DNA of 64,000 nucleotides from Candidatus Ribeiella danica. GTDB lineage: Bacteria > Chloroflexota > Chloroflexia > Chloroflexales > Roseiflexaceae. The notes beneath the pieces were generated by a model, which saw only the letters and a list, made by a program, of their open reading frames with translations, did not search any database and was not told the DNA's origin. Within the stretch, counting starts at the first letter, position 1, and each line of letters begins with the position of its first letter. Of this stretch, positions 62,411-64,000 are shown one piece after another. Location of the stretch: positions 29,421 to 93,420 of the forward strand of contig JADKFS010000012.1 in NCBI GenBank assembly GCA_016717335.1. Reading direction: 5' to 3'. The translations under genes were made by a program, and so were the position numbers.

Positions 62411-63589
62411 TCAGAGGGGTTTCTCGTAGACCCGGTAGGTCTTATTGATCCAGGCGCCGAGCGCCTCGATCGGGCGGCGCATCGCCAGATTGTTCTCGAC
62501 GATCAGCGAGAGCTCGGCGCGCTGGTAGCCCTTCTGGATGGCGGCGCGGAAGGTCTCGTAGTAGAACACCGCGTCGATGCCGCGCTGGCGGTACTCCGGA
62601 ATGATCCCCATCGCGAAGAACCGCGCGGTCTGGATGCGCTTGCGGCCGAACACCAGGTGCCGCCAGCCGAACGGCAGCAGCCGGCCGTTCATCTTGAGCA
62701 GCGGCTGGTTCATGTCGGGCAGCGTGATCGACACGCCGACCGGCCGATCGCCGACCTCGGCGATCCAGACCAGGTCGGGGTCGACGATCGACTTCAGGCC
62801 GGCGGCCATGTACGTGATCTCGTCGTCGTCCATCGGCACGAACGAGGCGTTGCGCTCCCAGGCGCTGTTGTAGACCTTCTGGACGCGCTCCAGCTCCTCG
62901 TCGAAGCGGCTCATCTGCACCCGCCGGAAGGTCGCGCCGCTCCTGCGCCGGGCGATCTCGAGCACCCGCAGCAGCTTGGGCGGCAGCGCCTCGGTCGCGC
63001 CGCCGCCCAGCGCGGCGCGGTCGATCAGGTAGGCGTACCAGTCCAGCGCCTTGGCGTAGCCGGCCGACTCGATGTAGCCGCGGTAGTAGGGCGGGTTGTA
63101 GACGGTCATGATGATCGGCGGCTGGTCGTAGGCGTCGAGCAGCAGGCCGGACTCGTTGTCGGTCGCGAAGTTGATCGGCCCGCGGATCGCGCTCATCCCG
63201 CGCGCGCGCACCCACTCCTCGGCGGCGGCCAGCAGCGCGGCGGCGGCCTCCTCGTCCTCCAGCACCTCGAAGAACCCGAAGAAGCCCATCCGCACCTGCT
63301 GGAACTGGTTGTAGGCGTGGTTGACGAACGCCGCCACCGTGCCGACATCCTGCCGGCCGCGGCGCGCGATGAAGAGCTGCACCTCGGCGTGCCGGAAGAA
63401 CGGGTTGCGGGCCGGGTCGAAGTACTGGCGCCGCTCGAACAGCAGCGGCGGCACCCAGCAGGGGTTGCCGGCGTAGACCTGCCACGGCAGCTTGATGAAG
63501 CGCGTGCGATCGGCCGGCCGCTCGATCGGCTCCACGACCAGCGGGGCGCCCGCCCGTACGGGCCGGTAGGCGGTGTTCGGTGCGGACAT
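62411..63589 (-). CDS. GNAT-fold acyltransferase-like protein (FemAB/N-acyltransferase superfamily-like), function unknown
   Basis: Start MSAPNTAYRP at 63589 with GAGGGAG SD (GTG at 63610 alternative); normal composition unlike overlapping 456-aa frame; C-terminal LSLIVENNLAMRRPIEALGAWINKTYRVYEK. Confidence 0.5.
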   Translation of the reverse strand: MSAPNTAYRPVRAGAPLVVEPIERPADRTRFIKLPWQVYAGNPCWVPPLLFERRQYFDPARNPFFRHAEVQLFIARRGRQDVGTVAAFVNHAYNQFQQVRMGFFGFFEVLEDEEAAAALLAAAEEWVRARGMSAIRGPINFATDNESGLLLDAYDQPPIIMTVYNPPYYRGYIESAGYAKALDWYAYLIDRAALGGGATEALPPKLLRVLEIARRRSGATFRRVQMSRFDEELERVQKVYNSAWERNASFVPMDDDEITYMAAGLKSIVDPDLVWIAEVGDRPVGVSITLPDMNQPLLKMNGRLLPFGWRHLVFGRKRIQTARFFAMGIIPEYRQRGIDAVFYYETFRAAIQKGYQRAELSLIVENNLAMRRPIEALGAWINKTYRVYEKPL

Positions 63590-63667
63590 AGACACTCCCT
63601 CGTGGATCACGCGGCTTCTGGTAATGGCCTATTGTACGACAATTATGCGCGGCGCTGTGCGATATTT

Positions 63668-63806
63668 CACCCCACCCCCTGCCCCCGACCAGGCCAGGGG
63701 CGGCGGAAACGGTAGCTCGGCACGGGGCTCGGCTCCGCCGAACCCCGTGCCGAGCCAATAATTCCCCCCTCTCCCGCTGGGAAAGGGGGCGGGGGGTGAG
63801 GGCCAA
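63668..63806. repeat. MITE/REP-like element, family A (with CGGCACGGGGCTCGGCTCCGCCGAACCCCGTGCCG hairpin)
   Basis: ccccaccccctgcccccgacc...aattcccccctctcccgctgggaaagggggcggggggtgagggc. Confidence 0.85.
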
Positions 63807-63813
63807 CCACACG

Positions 63814-64000
63814 CTACGGCTCCAGCACGCCCTCGGTCTGCCCCTCGATCGCGATCCGCACCTGCCTCACGCTGGGGAACTGCAGCAGCGTCTGCGCGAT
63901 CTGCTGGCGGATGAGCATGACGCGCAGCGACCCGCCGCCGTAGGCGCTCAGCTCGCCCGAAAAGTCCGCCGTCGCCACGCCGTCGACGATCGTCAGCTTG
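63814..64000 (-). CDS. GerMN-domain (sporulation/germination-like) protein, C-terminal fragment (start outside window)
   Basis: Minus-strand frame translates ...KLTIVDGVATADFSGELSAYGGGSLRVMLIRQQIAQTLLQFPSVRQVRIAIEGQTEGVLEP*, the typical GerMN C-terminal motif; stop TAG at 63814-63816. Confidence 0.5.
   Translation of the reverse strand, partial: KLTIVDGVATADFSGELSAYGGGSLRVMLIRQQIAQTLLQFPSVRQVRIAIEGQTEGVLEP

Noticed and set aside
62442-63812. 456-aa ORF overlapping the GNAT-like gene
   Set aside because: Arg/Gly/Pro-rich composition; the alternative frame 62411..63589 has ordinary protein-like composition and a good RBS.

Overview
This is a 64-kb, ~70% GC segment of a bacterial chromosome. 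The phylum is uncertain; the gene content and repeat landscape are compatible with Chloroflexota or another high-GC lineage, but that is inference only. The window is gene-dense and mostly housekeeping or accessory in character.

Main coding content, in order:
- A partial NADH dehydrogenase cluster on the minus strand (nuoJ-K-L plus one NuoM/N-type subunit), directly abutting the 5' end of a separate nuoA.
- A tungstate/molybdate-type ABC importer pair with a GntR-like regulator that has a palindromic operator.
- CorA, a YbaK-type deacylase, a radical-SAM protein, YaeQ and an SDR epimerase.
- A NarL-type two-component pair and a large 7TM-PAS-GAF histidine kinase.
- Two tandem ABC exporter genes split by a low-GC four-helix-bundle (23S-IVS-type) gene.
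- NhaP-type antiporter, MoaB-YidD, flotillin, a PGRP-type amidase, fructokinase, a TetR-ABC-2 exporter operon and tRNA-Leu(TAG).
- Two STAND (NACHT-type) NTPase loci, described next.

Most interesting system: a translationally coupled pair (35977..42741 and 33464..35980, minus strand). It encodes a 2254-aa NACHT NTPase with about 1.7 kb of TPR repeats, followed by a TPR protein with a caspase-like (CHAT-type) His/Cys protease domain. This is an NLR-plus-caspase-like module and is a candidate conflict/defence or programmed-cell-death system.

Three further gene-level observations:
- A second STAND protein (48263..50737) fuses NACHT, HEAT repeats and a formylglycine-generating-enzyme (FGE/SUMF1-type) domain.
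- A catalytically degenerate MrfA/YprA-like helicase homolog with a DUF1998-like region lies at 58200..61082.
- An in-frame, roughly 55-aa insertion made of CCCCAAG-type heptamer repeats sits inside the ATP-binding domain of an ABC transporter gene.

The intergenic DNA is saturated with several distinct repeat families:
- Tandem 7-10 bp arrays (CCCCAAG, GAGACAAG, GAACGYT, CAGTCGGCAG, TACAATC).
- A ~130-bp MITE/REP-like element with terminal inverted repeats, at 10 or more sites.
- A palindromic TTGGGGAGGTGTGGAGGGGCC family.
- ~110-bp and ~175-bp units that occur both dispersed and as 3x tandem arrays.

No rRNA, CRISPR array, transposase or integrase was recognised.
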